Below, one piece after another: positions 11,227-21,200 of a stretch of DNA of 64,000 nucleotides (the first letter of the stretch is position 1; each line of letters begins with the position of its first letter). The position numbers and the translations under genes are program-made. The DNA comes from Gammaproteobacteria bacterium (GTDB taxonomy: Bacteria; Pseudomonadota; Gammaproteobacteria; UBA4575), in assembly GCA_965222615.1 (NCBI GenBank), contig CBDCUI010000007.1, positions 736,001 to 800,000 of the forward strand, in the 5' to 3' direction. The notes beneath the pieces were generated by a model that was not told where the DNA came from, made no database searches, and saw nothing but the letters and a program-made list of their open reading frames with translations.

Positions 11227-12852
11227 ATGTCAACTGTGGCAGCAGAGGAACACCACGAAGAACATCCATCCGGCATTATGCGCTGGATTACCACTACCAA
11301 TCATAAAGACATTGGAACTTTATATTTGTGGTTCGCATTGATCATGTTTTTTGTTGGTGGGTTCATGGCCTTGATCATTCGTGCAGAATTATTTGAACCT
11401 GGTTTACAATTTGTAGATCCACAGTTTTTCAATTCTATGACTACTCTGCATGCCCTGATTATGGTGTTTGGAGTGGTCATGCCTGCATTTACTGGCTTTG
11501 CGAATTGGATGATTCCGATGATGATAGGTGGCACCGATATGGCTTTGCCGCGCATGAATAATTGGAGTTTTTGGATCCTACCGTTTGCATTTGCCATGAT
11601 CAGTTCCACCTTGTTTATGGACGGTGGTGGTCCAGCAGGTGGCTGGACATTATATCCGCCACTTACTTTACAAACTGGTGATGCACTGCCCTTTGTGGTT
11701 TTCTCGATTCACTTTATGGGCATGTCTTCGATTATGGGTGCCATCAATGTTATCGCAACGATCTTAAACATGCGCGCACCGGGGATGACCTTGATGAAAA
11801 TGCCATTGTTTGTGTGGACCTGGTTAATTACGGCATATCTATTAATTGCAGTAATGCCTGTGCTTGCTGGTGGCGTAACAATGTTGTTAACAGATAAGTT
11901 TTTTGGTACTAGTTTCTTTAATGCCGCGGGGGGCGGTGATCCAGTATTGTTTCAACATATCTTTTGGTTTTTTGGTCACCCGGAAGTTTACATACTAATT
12001 CTGCCTTCTTTTGGTGTGATTTCGACCATCGTACCGACCTTTTCACGTAAACCACTATTTGGTTACTCATCCATGGTATATGCCTCAGCGTCTATTGCGT
12101 TTCTATCTTTTATTGTATGGGCGCATCACATGTTTACAGTAGGTATGCCATTGGCGGGTGAGTTGTACTTTATGTTTGCCACCATGCTTATTGCGGTGCC
12201 TACAGGGGTGAAGGTGTTTAATTGGGTTGCCACCATGTGGCGGGGAGCATTGACATTTGAAACTCCGATGTTATTTGCTATTGCATTTATCGTGCTATTC
12301 ACTATTGGTGGATTTTCCGGCTTGATGGTGGCACTTGCGCCAGCTGATTTTCAATACCACGATACCTATTTTGTCGTGGCACATTTTCATTATGTGCTAG
12401 TACCTGGAGCGATTTTTGCAATCATCGCTGCAGCTTATTACTGGTTGCCTAAATGGACGGGTCATATGTACAACGAGACCCTGGGCAAAACCCATTTCTG
12501 GTTATCTACAATTTTTGTGAACGTTACCTTCTTTCCAATGCATTTTGTTGGCTTGGCAGGTATGCCACGACGCATCCCCGATTATGCATTACAGTTTGCA
12601 GACTATAATCTAATTGCTTCAATTGGTGCCTTTGGATTTGGTTTTGCACAACTGATTTTTTTATGGATAGTTATTCAAACTATACGAGGCGGAGCGAAGG
12701 CGACGGATAATGTTTGGGAAGGTGCAGTGGGTTTAGAATGGACCTTGCCATCACCACCGCCATATCACAGTTTTACAACTCCTCCGAATGTAGAAGGCGA
12801 ATGGAACTGGTTTACACATGAACACGTTGAAACAACAAAAACGCGGAGTTAA
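11227..12852 (+). CDS. coxA: Cytochrome c oxidase subunit I
   Basis: [24 protein letters not shown]. Confidence 0.98.
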   Translation: MSTVAAEEHHEEHPSGIMRWITTTNHKDIGTLYLWFALIMFFVGGFMALIIRAELFEPGLQFVDPQFFNSMTTLHALIMVFGVVMPAFTGFANWMIPMMIGGTDMALPRMNNWSFWILPFAFAMISSTLFMDGGGPAGGWTLYPPLTLQTGDALPFVVFSIHFMGMSSIMGAINVIATILNMRAPGMTLMKMPLFVWTWLITAYLLIAVMPVLAGGVTMLLTDKFFGTSFFNAAGGGDPVLFQHIFWFFGHPEVYILILPSFGVISTIVPTFSRKPLFGYSSMVYASASIAFLSFIVWAHHMFTVGMPLAGELYFMFATMLIAVPTGVKVFNWVATMWRGALTFETPMLFAIAFIVLFTIGGFSGLMVALAPADFQYHDTYFVVAHFHYVLVPGAIFAIIAAAYYWLPKWTGHMYNETLGKTHFWLSTIFVNVTFFPMHFVGLAGMPRRIPDYALQFADYNLIASIGAFGFGFAQLIFLWIVIQTIRGGAKATDNVWEGAVGLEWTLPSPPPYHSFTTPPNVEGEWNWFTHEHVETTKTRS

Positions 12853-12928
12853 ACGTACGGCGATACTACTTGCCGTAGTTGTATTGATTTTTTATATAGG
12901 CTTTTATTTTTTAATGGCAGGTAAATAA
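12818..12928 (+). CDS. Small single-TM protein between coxA and ctaG (36 aa)
   Basis: Manual translation [36 protein letters not shown]: basic N-terminus plus one TM helix; below the ORF-track cutoff. Confidence 0.7.
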   Translation: MNTLKQQKRGVKRTAILLAVVVLIFYIGFYFLMAGK

Positions 12929-12936
12929 TTAAAACC

Positions 12937-13509
12937 ATGAATACATCTCCTAAAAAGATAGTATTGACGCTAGGTGTAGTTGTGGTAGCTATGTTTGGTT
13001 TTGGTTATGCGCTGGTGCCTTTGTATGACTTATTATGCGATGTGACGGGCTTAAATGGAAAATCAGAAACCGTAACACAACCGCAGACAGCGTCATTTGA
13101 AGTAGATGACTCACGTACAATTACCGTTGAATTTATCACTAATCTCAATCAAGGCATGCTGTGGGATTTCAAGCCGGCCGTAACTAAAATGCAAGTTCAT
13201 CCTGGCAAAGCCTATCAAACTAGCTTTTTTGTAAACAATAAAACCAATCGAACCATGATTGGCCAAGCCGTTCCAAGTGTGGCTCCGTTCGCGGCTGCCA
13301 ATCACTTTGTTAAGACAGAGTGTTTTTGTTTTTCAAACCAAACACTACAAGCGGGCGAAGAGCTTGAAATGCCAGTCGTGTTTGTAATTAATCCAGCATT
13401 ACCTGAGAGAGTAAAGACAGTTACGCTCTCGTACACATTTTTTGATATAAGTAATTCAGCTGAAAATATAGATAAAAAAGATTTAAGCAATTCAAACCAA
13501 AAAACATAG
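12937..13509 (+). CDS. ctaG: Cytochrome c oxidase assembly protein CtaG/Cox11
   Basis: VPLYDLLCDVTG, ECFCF, TLSYTFF. Confidence 0.95.
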   Translation: MNTSPKKIVLTLGVVVVAMFGFGYALVPLYDLLCDVTGLNGKSETVTQPQTASFEVDDSRTITVEFITNLNQGMLWDFKPAVTKMQVHPGKAYQTSFFVNNKTNRTMIGQAVPSVAPFAAANHFVKTECFCFSNQTLQAGEELEMPVVFVINPALPERVKTVTLSYTFFDISNSAENIDKKDLSNSNQKT

Positions 13510-13521
13510 TAAGAGCAAAAT

Positions 13522-14394
13522 ATGGCACACGCAGAAAGTAATTATTACATCCCACATGGAAGTCATTGGCCTTTTGTAGGCTCCATTGCAATTTGTAGTC
13601 TTATGGTTGGAATTTCAAACTTTCTCAATGGCGATACTTGGGGAAAATGGCTAATAATAATCGGAGCATTGATTTTATTAGTTATGTTATTTGGTTGGTT
13701 TGGTTCGGTTATCAGAGAAAGTGAGTCAGGCACCTATAATCAGCAAGTCGATGTCTCATTTCGTTGGGGTATGTTTTGGTTCATCTTCTCCGAGGTGATG
13801 TTCTTTGCAGTTTTTTTTGGTACTCTTTTTTATGTGCGTATCTATGCATTACCTTGGTTAGGAGGTGAAGGTTCCGGTGCACTTACCAACAACTACCTAT
13901 GGCCAGGGTTTGAATCTATTTGGCCGTTGACGGCAAATGGCCCGGCTGAAATCGGTGGTGATTTTAAACCCATGGCGGCATGGGGCTTGCCGGCGATTAA
14001 TACTGCAATCTTGCTCACTAGCGGGGTCACCATCACGTGGGCACATCATGCTTTAAAAGCCAACCATCGTGGACAACTTATTCTTGGATTGTTTTTAACC
14101 GTTGCTTTGGGTGCGATATTTGTCGTACTTCAAGGAATAGAATATTACGAGGCTTATCATCACTTGGGTTTGACATTGGGTTCAGGTATTTATGGCTCAA
14201 CGTTTTTTATGCTAACTGGGTTTCATGGTTTTCATGTGACCTTGGGGGCCATAATTCTGGCTGTGATACTGATACGTTGTATATTCGGCCATTTTAAACC
14301 CGAACATCATTTTGGGTTTGAAGCTGCAGCATGGTATTGGCACTTTGTGGATGTAGTATGGTTGGGCTTATTTATATTCGTATACTGGCTATAA
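13522..14394 (+). CDS. coxC: Cytochrome c oxidase subunit III
   Basis: FIFSEVMFF, TGFHGFHV, AWYWHFVDVVW. Confidence 0.97.
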   Translation: MAHAESNYYIPHGSHWPFVGSIAICSLMVGISNFLNGDTWGKWLIIIGALILLVMLFGWFGSVIRESESGTYNQQVDVSFRWGMFWFIFSEVMFFAVFFGTLFYVRIYALPWLGGEGSGALTNNYLWPGFESIWPLTANGPAEIGGDFKPMAAWGLPAINTAILLTSGVTITWAHHALKANHRGQLILGLFLTVALGAIFVVLQGIEYYEAYHHLGLTLGSGIYGSTFFMLTGFHGFHVTLGAIILAVILIRCIFGHFKPEHHFGFEAAAWYWHFVDVVWLGLFIFVYWL

Positions 14395-14496
14395 AAAATA
14401 TCTCTTAGTAAAAGCACCTATTATTTTTAAATACATCTATAGATGATATGTCTTTGGCTGTGCTCGCGGCAGCTTTTTTCTATGTTTTCAATTTAT

Positions 14497-14706
14497 CTAG
14501 CCTGAAATTCCGTGTGGTTGAATAAGCCCAGTAAAATATCCAATGATGAGTAACAAAAATGCGATTAGTGAGATTGCAATTCGTAATGTCAACGCATTGG
14601 CGGTACGTTTTGTTTTGCCTTTATCTGTAACTAAGTAAAACAGACCAGATCCGAGACTGAATAAAATAGCAATAAATAGTATGACGACAAAAATTTTGAT
14701 TAACAT
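14497..14706 (-). CDS. Twin-TM small protein (DUF2909-like)
   Basis: SLGSGLFYL..ALTLRIAIS..G.IQPHG; typical antisense position in cox clusters. Confidence 0.85.
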   Translation of the reverse strand: MLIKIFVVILFIAILFSLGSGLFYLVTDKGKTKRTANALTLRIAISLIAFLLLIIGYFTGLIQPHGISG

Positions 14707-14742
14707 GTTGAGCTTTATCTTATTCGTTTAATTTTCTACGCT

Positions 14743-15480
14743 ATGACTACAAATAATACTTGGCGAAAGCCCTCATGGCTAATAACAAGCATTACTGTAC
14801 TGGGTGTTTTTTTTCTAAGCTGCTTGGGCGCCTGGCAATTACAGCGAGCGGAAGAAAAGAAACAGATCATACTTGATATTAAACGACAAAATAATTCTAA
14901 TCCTGAAAAACTTGAATTACCCATTGATGATGTAACGGCCTTGAGATTTAAAAAAGTTGAACTTCAAGGACATTACATACCGTCACGCCAATTTGTATTA
15001 GACAATCAAGTGCTCGATTACCAAGTGGGCTACAACATATTAACGCCGTTTATGTTGTATGGCTCAAAGCTTGTGGTGTTAGTAGATCGAGGTTGGGTAG
15101 CGCTAGGCCCATCCCGTAAAAGTCTTCCTAACATTGATATTGATGGTGAACTGCGAACTGTCGTTGCAACTGTATACGTACCGTTTGGTGAACCGTATAC
15201 CTTAGGAGAAATCGATAATGGTGAAACAGATTGGCCACGATTAATTCAATATCTGGACTTTGCTGCGCTTGAAACACGTCTCGAACATAAATTGTTACCG
15301 TTAACGTTACGTTTAGAAGCCGGCCAAGATAGTGGTTTTATAACCAAGTGGCCAACAGCCACGCTTACACCGAAACGCCATCTGGCGTATGCAGTACAGT
15401 GGTTTGCGTTGGCAATTACACTGTTAGTAATCTTTATCGTGTTGCATATGCCAAGACAGTCTAAGGAATCAAGCAAATGA
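14743..15480 (+). CDS. SURF1 family protein
   Basis: LGAWQLQRAEEK, LVDRGWV, HLAYAVQWF. Confidence 0.94.
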   Translation: MTTNNTWRKPSWLITSITVLGVFFLSCLGAWQLQRAEEKKQIILDIKRQNNSNPEKLELPIDDVTALRFKKVELQGHYIPSRQFVLDNQVLDYQVGYNILTPFMLYGSKLVVLVDRGWVALGPSRKSLPNIDIDGELRTVVATVYVPFGEPYTLGEIDNGETDWPRLIQYLDFAALETRLEHKLLPLTLRLEAGQDSGFITKWPTATLTPKRHLAYAVQWFALAITLLVIFIVLHMPRQSKESSK

Positions 15481-16070
15481 AAAAACAGACATTAAACCGA
15501 TTATACCTGTTGGCGTTATTTGGGGTATTTTTTGTGCCTATGTTGGTTGCCATGTGGATGTATTTTGGTGCGGGTAGTTGGTTGACGACACAAAAACAAA
15601 ATCATGGTGTATTAATACAACCCCCTCGACCATTAAACGAATTTAGCTTAACAGCGGATAATGCAACTACTTGGACACAAGAAAAATTTTTAGATAAGTG
15701 GACACTTTTGTATTTAAGCGATGGCAGCTGTGATTTATATTGTGAAGCAAGCTTATTTAAGATGCGGCAAGTGCAACTATCATTGGGGCGGGACGGTTCG
15801 CGTATTCAACGTAAATATTTTAGTATTGGAAAAAACTTGAATAAAAAAGGCCTGCAAGAAATTTTTGCAAGATATCCAAACATGCAAAATGCTTGGTTTG
15901 ATCCAGCCGTATTTCGTATACAGTTGCCTCAGTTTCAGGATTTGCATAAACATTCTATTTACATTATTGATCCGCTTGGGAATTTGATGATGGTTTACTC
16001 CAAGCACGCGACCTCTAAAGGTATAAAGAAAGATTTAAAACGGCTGCTAAAGGTTTCAAGAATTGGCTGA
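15477..16070 (+). CDS. Cytochrome oxidase-associated SCO/thioredoxin-like protein
   Basis: N-terminal TM, CDLYC, IIDPLGNLMM, DLKRLLKVS. Confidence 0.8.
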   Translation: MKKQTLNRLYLLALFGVFFVPMLVAMWMYFGAGSWLTTQKQNHGVLIQPPRPLNEFSLTADNATTWTQEKFLDKWTLLYLSDGSCDLYCEASLFKMRQVQLSLGRDGSRIQRKYFSIGKNLNKKGLQEIFARYPNMQNAWFDPAVFRIQLPQFQDLHKHSIYIIDPLGNLMMVYSKHATSKGIKKDLKRLLKVSRIG

Positions 16071-17082
16071 CTTACAAGTATCCAAGTTATTTCATCGAGT
16101 AGCTGTGTTTGCGTGTCTGCTGGCATTTGCTGTAGTGGTATTGGGTGCTTATACGCGTCTCTCAGATGCCGGACTCGGTTGTCCCGATTGGCCTGGCTGT
16201 TATGGTCATTTGCTGGGTGTACCAGAATCGACACAAGAGATTCAACAAGCTGAAACCGAATTTCCGCAACGCGCGGTAGAGAAACATAAAGCCTGGAAAG
16301 AAGTCATACATCGCTACTTTGCCGGCACGTTGGGCTTAGTTATTTTATGGCTGGCAATACTGGCCTGGAAAAATAGAAAGCTTACGCATCAGCCAGTAGC
16401 ACTACCGATATTTTTAGTAGCACTAGTGATATTTCAAGCTTTACTTGGAATGTGGACGGTAACTTTGTTATTAAAACCAGTGATCGTAATGCTGCATCTA
16501 TTAGGAGGTCTTGCCATATTGTCATTGCTTTGGTGGTTGGCGTTAAGTACCGGTTCGAGATCTCATGTTGTCGCACAAAACACCGTTGGAAATTTTGGTC
16601 CTGCGATCGTGTTTGGTTTGATACTTTTACTCGGGCAAATTTTTCTAGGTGGTTGGACCAGTGCCAACTATGCGGCCTTGGCTTGCACTGATTTCCCCAC
16701 CTGCCAAGGACAATGGTGGCCAGCTACTGATTTTAAAGAGGCCTTTGTGTTTTGGCGTGGGCTAGGGATTAACTATGAATTTGGGGTGTTAGAAAATCCG
16801 GCACGAACTGCCATTCATATGAGCCATCGCATCATGGCAATCGTTGTTGCAGTGTATTGGTTGTATCTGCTGTTCCATTTGTTACGCAGTCGTGAGACAT
16901 ACACAGTACGGACTGCGGCAATAGTTACCTTAATAGTATTATTAGTTCAGTTGGTACTTGGTGTTTCCAATATTGTTTTGCATTTACCCATTGCAGTTGC
17001 TGTTATGCATAATGCTGGTGCTGCTTTACTATTACTTAGTGTGATCAGTCTTTTGTATTTTTCTAAACTGAGGCAGGCCTAG
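16063..17082 (+). CDS. ctaA: Heme A synthase (COX15/CtaA)
   Basis: GLGCPDWPGC, EVIHRY, HN motif. Confidence 0.94.
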   Translation: MADLQVSKLFHRVAVFACLLAFAVVVLGAYTRLSDAGLGCPDWPGCYGHLLGVPESTQEIQQAETEFPQRAVEKHKAWKEVIHRYFAGTLGLVILWLAILAWKNRKLTHQPVALPIFLVALVIFQALLGMWTVTLLLKPVIVMLHLLGGLAILSLLWWLALSTGSRSHVVAQNTVGNFGPAIVFGLILLLGQIFLGGWTSANYAALACTDFPTCQGQWWPATDFKEAFVFWRGLGINYEFGVLENPARTAIHMSHRIMAIVVAVYWLYLLFHLLRSRETYTVRTAAIVTLIVLLVQLVLGVSNIVLHLPIAVAVMHNAGAALLLLSVISLLYFSKLRQA

Positions 17083-17093
17083 CTTGGTAAGAT

Positions 17094-17969
17094 TTATCCA
17101 ACTGCAACTGCAGTTTTCAATTTTTTTATCGCGTTATTTTCAATTTGTCGCACACGCTCAGCTGAAACACCATATTTTTGTGCTAATTCTTGCAATGTCG
17201 ATTTACTTTCAGCTAACCAACGCTGAGCAATAATGTCACGGCTGCGTTCATCTAATGTGGTAAGAGCAGATTGTAGCTGTTTAGTTTGATGGGCTTGCCA
17301 ATCATTCTCTTCTGCTTGTGTTTCAGGACTTGCAGCGTCATGACTCAAATAACTGGCAGGCGCAAATGCCGTTTGAGTACCAACATCGTCTTCCTCTGCA
17401 TCGTTTGGTAAATCAAAGCCGAGGTCTGTGCTACTCAAACGCTTCTCCATTTCCAAGACTTCAGCAGGTTTGACGCCAAGCTCCTTAGCGACATTTTCTA
17501 CTTCATCTTGATTTAGCCAAGCTAGACGTTTTTTAGAACTACGTAAATTAAAAAATAACTTTCGTTGTGCTTTAGTGGTAGCAATTTTAACGATACGCCA
17601 ATTGCGCAATACGAATTCATGGATTTCTGCACGAATCCAATGCACTGCGAAGGACACCAAACGTACACCCTTGTGCGGATCAAAGCGTTTAACGGCTTTC
17701 ATTAACCCGACATTGCCTTCTTGTATGAGATCGGCCAGTGGTAAGCCATAGCCTGTATAGCCGCGTGCAACTTGGATGACAAAACGCAGGTGGTGAATAA
17801 TGAGGCTACGCGCTGCATCGAGATCATCATGCTCATACAGCCGCAACGCCAAAGATTGTTCTTCTTCAGCACTGAGCACGGGTACCTGATAAGCTGCAGC
17901 GATATAGCTTTCGATATTGCCACTTGGTACAGCCATCATGGGTTGTAATGATGTATTCGATTTCGACAT
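17094..17969 (-). CDS. rpoH: RNA polymerase sigma-32 factor
   Basis: RpoH box [23 protein letters not shown]; start set at ATG 17969 (MSKSN). Confidence 0.97.
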   Translation of the reverse strand: MSKSNTSLQPMMAVPSGNIESYIAAAYQVPVLSAEEEQSLALRLYEHDDLDAARSLIIHHLRFVIQVARGYTGYGLPLADLIQEGNVGLMKAVKRFDPHKGVRLVSFAVHWIRAEIHEFVLRNWRIVKIATTKAQRKLFFNLRSSKKRLAWLNQDEVENVAKELGVKPAEVLEMEKRLSSTDLGFDLPNDAEEDDVGTQTAFAPASYLSHDAASPETQAEENDWQAHQTKQLQSALTTLDERSRDIIAQRWLAESKSTLQELAQKYGVSAERVRQIENNAIKKLKTAVAVG

Positions 17970-18001
17970 AGAATGAAACCCCGAATAAATATAAAATGAT
18001 T

Positions 18002-18028
18002 TTAGCACTCCTAGTTATAGAGTGCTAA
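18002..18028. promoter_or_regulatory. CIRCE element (HrcA operator)
   Basis: Exact TTAGCACTC-N9-GAGTGCTAA (N9 = CTAGTTATA), 32 nt upstream of the rpoH ATG. Confidence 0.95.
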
Positions 18029-18043
18029 TAATGAGAGAAGTTC
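18017..18043 (-). promoter_or_regulatory. SigmaE (RpoE/AlgU)-type promoter of rpoH
   Basis: Minus strand GAACTT-N16-TCTAT, close to E. coli rpoHP3 (GAACTT-N16-TCTGA). Confidence 0.7.
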
Positions 18044-18112
18044 AATGAGTTAGTGCGCAAAGAGCTTGGATAAGCGGCACTTAACCATAATATATATATG
18101 GTTAAATACTTT

Positions 18113-18922
18113 TTAATGTAGGCTGCGTTTAATGAATACCCAGGGTTCCATGCGTGCAAATAAAACCTCTTCTTTCACCGGCTTGCTAATAAAATCATTC
18201 ACACCGAGCTGACGTAATTCGGTGTAGTTCAGTTCTGTAGAGCTACTTCCAGTGGCTAATAATATCGGTAATGCTTTTTTATCGATGCCTAAGTCATGCC
18301 GAATATAACGAACCAAATCTATTCCCGATACGTCGTCATCGAGATTTAAATCGGTGATTACAATATCAAATTCAGTATTCAATTGGGTTTGTAAGGTGTC
18401 AATTAATATCTTGGCTTCGCTGCCAGAGCTCACCGCTGAATAAGGAATTGCATTTTGATCAAAGATACGACTTATGACCGTCAGTACCGTTTTACTATCC
18501 TCGACAAACAACACTCGCGGGGGTGGTATTTTTGGTTTAGGCAGAAAGCTTTCTAGATATTCAATGAGTGCATCAATACCTAAAGATTTATCAAAATGTG
18601 CATTAATGCCATGTGCAACTCTGACTTGAGTATCGTCTGCACTTGCATTACTGGAAATCATAACGATAGGCGTATCGGCATTCGGTGCTAAGCTGCGAAT
18701 CTTAGTGGCTAAATCCAAACCGTTCCCGTCTGGTAGGGTGAACCCGATTGCAACTAAGTCATAACTCTGCTTACGTAACTTGGGTATTGCAGAGCTAACC
18801 GTTGCACGGGTATCAATCACCAGCTCTGGCCGCATATGCTTAAGTTTATTGGCTACTAGTTTACGACTGGCGCTGGAGCCATCGACAACAAGTACATTGG
18901 TCGTAGATTGGTTTTCATTCAT
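18113..18922 (-). CDS. Response regulator with two receiver domains and no output domain
   Basis: REC1 VLVVD..DLVAIG..GNGL; REC2 VLFVED..DIVITD..ATG..FISKP. Confidence 0.88.
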   Translation of the reverse strand: MNENQSTTNVLVVDGSSASRKLVANKLKHMRPELVIDTRATVSSAIPKLRKQSYDLVAIGFTLPDGNGLDLATKIRSLAPNADTPIVMISSNASADDTQVRVAHGINAHFDKSLGIDALIEYLESFLPKPKIPPPRVLFVEDSKTVLTVISRIFDQNAIPYSAVSSGSEAKILIDTLQTQLNTEFDIVITDLNLDDDVSGIDLVRYIRHDLGIDKKALPILLATGSSSTELNYTELRQLGVNDFISKPVKEEVLFARMEPWVFIKRSLH

Positions 18923-19109
18923 TTCAATCAGACCCCATCTGATTTGGTGGTTACGTCGCTCTGTCTGCACGTTTTACCCAATTGCAGCTTGTCTTAAGAG
19001 ATTCTCTCGGTATCTTTAGCTGAGATTTAAGGCGGTCGAATGAATACAGAGAGAGCTTGCTCATTGTGCAATTACGACAGAAATTTGCTCGGCCTTCCAT
19101 CGGCCCAAA

Positions 19110-19126
19110 ATTAGACTTTGTCTAAT
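19110..19126. promoter_or_regulatory. Palindromic putative operator
   Basis: Perfect inverted repeat ATTAGAC-TTT-GTCTAAT in the divergent intergenic region. Confidence 0.4.
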
Positions 19127-19191
19127 ACGCAAACGCCTTAATAAATATGCTCATACAATTTATTAAAATGACCTATTGTAACTTCTCGTAA

Positions 19192-19404
19192 ATGGCTGGC
19201 GTACAAGTAAGCAAATCGGATTTGGCGCATATATTTGGCGTTGACCAACCTACCATAGATCATTGGATTCGACGTGGATTACCCTATATTCGCAAACGAC
19301 TGAAAGGTGTTGCTGTGCATTCAGATGAACGCGAACTAGTCTTCGATACTGCAGATGCAATTAACTGGCGTTTATCAGTGACTAACTTAGAACATGAATG
19401 GTGA
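19192..19404 (+). CDS. Small winged-HTH protein resembling the DNA-binding domain of lambda Nu1 (terminase small subunit)
   Basis: VSKSDLAHIFGVDQPTIDHWIRRGLP...FDTADAINW parallels lambda gpNu1 VNKKQLADIFGASIRTIQNWQEQGMP...YDSAAVIKW. Confidence 0.8.
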   Translation: MAGVQVSKSDLAHIFGVDQPTIDHWIRRGLPYIRKRLKGVAVHSDERELVFDTADAINWRLSVTNLEHEW

Positions 19405-19449
19405 CGCAAAGTCTTAGTTTGATAACTTCATAATAAAGTGTGCTCAAGG

Positions 19450-19626
19450 ATGAGTGTAGATACCCAACAAATTAATACCAACCAACCTGCATACTACATC
19501 ATCAACATGCGTGATGATAAATGGGTCAAAGTCAGTAAAAGCTTTAAAGATTTAGCCGAAGCAAAAAATGCCTATACTGAATTGCTAAAAAAATATCCCT
19601 TTGCACGCTTAGGCGGAAGGCGCTAA
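19450..19626 (+). CDS. Small hypothetical protein
   Basis: Protein-like 58-aa ORF co-oriented with its neighbours. Confidence 0.6.
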   Translation: MSVDTQQINTNQPAYYIINMRDDKWVKVSKSFKDLAEAKNAYTELLKKYPFARLGGRR

Positions 19627-19746
19627 TTTAATAGCGTAGAAAAAGACAGTGCAAACTGTTGTTAACCTCAATCTATATATATTGTTAATAACTTAATATA
19701 GAACTTAATGATAGACTCAAGTAGTCCATTCACATTGGAGGAGAAT

Positions 19747-20094
19747 ATGAATAACGATGTTGAATATCTTAAATCAAGTATCTCAACGGATACTTATGAA
19801 CCGTTTATGGTGGGTGATAAACAAGCAGGGGAAGTGCATTGGTTGACACAAACCAACTCAAGCGGACAGGCAACTTATTCAGGCCTGTGGCGTTGTGAAC
19901 CCATGACATTTGCATATGAATTTCCAGGCGACGAAATATTTCAAGTACTGCAAGGTAGCCTAGTGGTTGAAATTGCAGGCGGTGATACGGTTAATTTACA
20001 AGAGGGTGATATTGTTTCATTCAACAAAGGGATGAAATCAACTTGGACGATACAAACGTCTTTTAAGAAGTTTTTTGTAATTTCTAATTGCTAA
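19747..20094 (+). CDS. Cupin domain protein (DUF861/EutQ-like)
   Basis: SGLWRCEP, DEIFQVLQG, GDIVSFNKG..STW, KKFFV; GGAG RBS before ATG 19747. Confidence 0.88.
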   Translation: MNNDVEYLKSSISTDTYEPFMVGDKQAGEVHWLTQTNSSGQATYSGLWRCEPMTFAYEFPGDEIFQVLQGSLVVEIAGGDTVNLQEGDIVSFNKGMKSTWTIQTSFKKFFVISNC

Positions 20095-20211
20095 TTTGCA
20101 AATTTTAGAATAATAGTCACTGAAAGCAATCCAACAGAATTAGTTACTAGTTCCTGTATTAGGTCATTTGTGCGAGGTCATTATTCTAGTGCTGGTTACT
20201 TATGTCGGATA

Positions 20212-21180
20212 TTAGCTTGGTTCGATCTTTGCGATATGGCGGCCAACGGCTAGCCAAGAACCGACTAAACCTAGTGCAACACTTAGTGCAATCAAACCAA
20301 GGCTTTGTTTTATAGATGGGAAAATCAGTTGAAAATTGCTGTTATATAAGCCTACCAATTCTTGTGTAGGTTTTTTTATTACTAATAAAACAATTACCAC
20401 GAGTAGTAAAGCAATAATGCCACCGATTAGACCGTACCAAACACCGCCATACAAAAAAGGGCGGCGGATAAACCTATCCGTAGCGCCAATTAGTTTCGTG
20501 ACTTCGATCTCTTCACGACGATTTTCGATATCGAGGCGTATACTATTACCAATAACGAGTAATACCGAGGCCGCTAACATTACACCGATGATGGTAATCG
20601 CTCGGCGCACAATTGCACTGATGGTTTGTAAACGTTGCAACCATTGCATATCAAGTTGCACACGTTCTACGTTCGTGTAAGCTCGGAAATTATTGACGAG
20701 TTTATCCAAGCTATCGGCTTGTTTAACAGATTCGACTGGTGTAAGTACCAAAGTAGCTGGCAGAGGGTTGTCTGGCAGCCCTTCTAGCAGTTCCCCGAAT
20801 TCACTACGATGGCGAAATTTTTCTAGGGCTTCTTCAGGAGCAATATAACGAACCGATTCAATCTCGGCTAATTTTTCCACACGTCCTTGTAATTGCTTAA
20901 TTGCATCTTTACTGGTATCAGCAGACAAGAACAGCGTGATTTGGCCTGCATCATCCCAATCATGGGTTACGGACTGCAGGTTGTTTAACAAAATAAACAA
21001 ACAGGCCGGTAAAGCTAGTGCCACTGCCACCATAAGCAAAGTAAGCGTAGTAGCGAATGGCTGTCGATATAATTTTCCAAGACTAAAAACTAAACCACGT
21101 AAATGATCACGCCCATAAGCGCGTAAGCGCGTTATTAAATTTGGTTTTAAAAGTGATTGTGGTCGTTTGGCTTTTGCCAT
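20212..21180 (-). CDS. ftsX: Cell division permease FtsX
   Basis: NPLP, IGNSIRLDIENRREEIEVTKLIGAT..FIRRPFLY. Confidence 0.96.
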   Translation of the reverse strand: MAKAKRPQSLLKPNLITRLRAYGRDHLRGLVFSLGKLYRQPFATTLTLLMVAVALALPACLFILLNNLQSVTHDWDDAGQITLFLSADTSKDAIKQLQGRVEKLAEIESVRYIAPEEALEKFRHRSEFGELLEGLPDNPLPATLVLTPVESVKQADSLDKLVNNFRAYTNVERVQLDMQWLQRLQTISAIVRRAITIIGVMLAASVLLVIGNSIRLDIENRREEIEVTKLIGATDRFIRRPFLYGGVWYGLIGGIIALLLVVIVLLVIKKPTQELVGLYNSNFQLIFPSIKQSLGLIALSVALGLVGSWLAVGRHIAKIEPS

Positions 21181-21200
21181 AAAACTTTAATATTTATTCT

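Noticed and set aside
19192-20094. Prophage suggested by the Nu1-like gene
   Set aside because: No integrase, large terminase, portal or structural genes; core genes lie within 1-2 kb on both sides.
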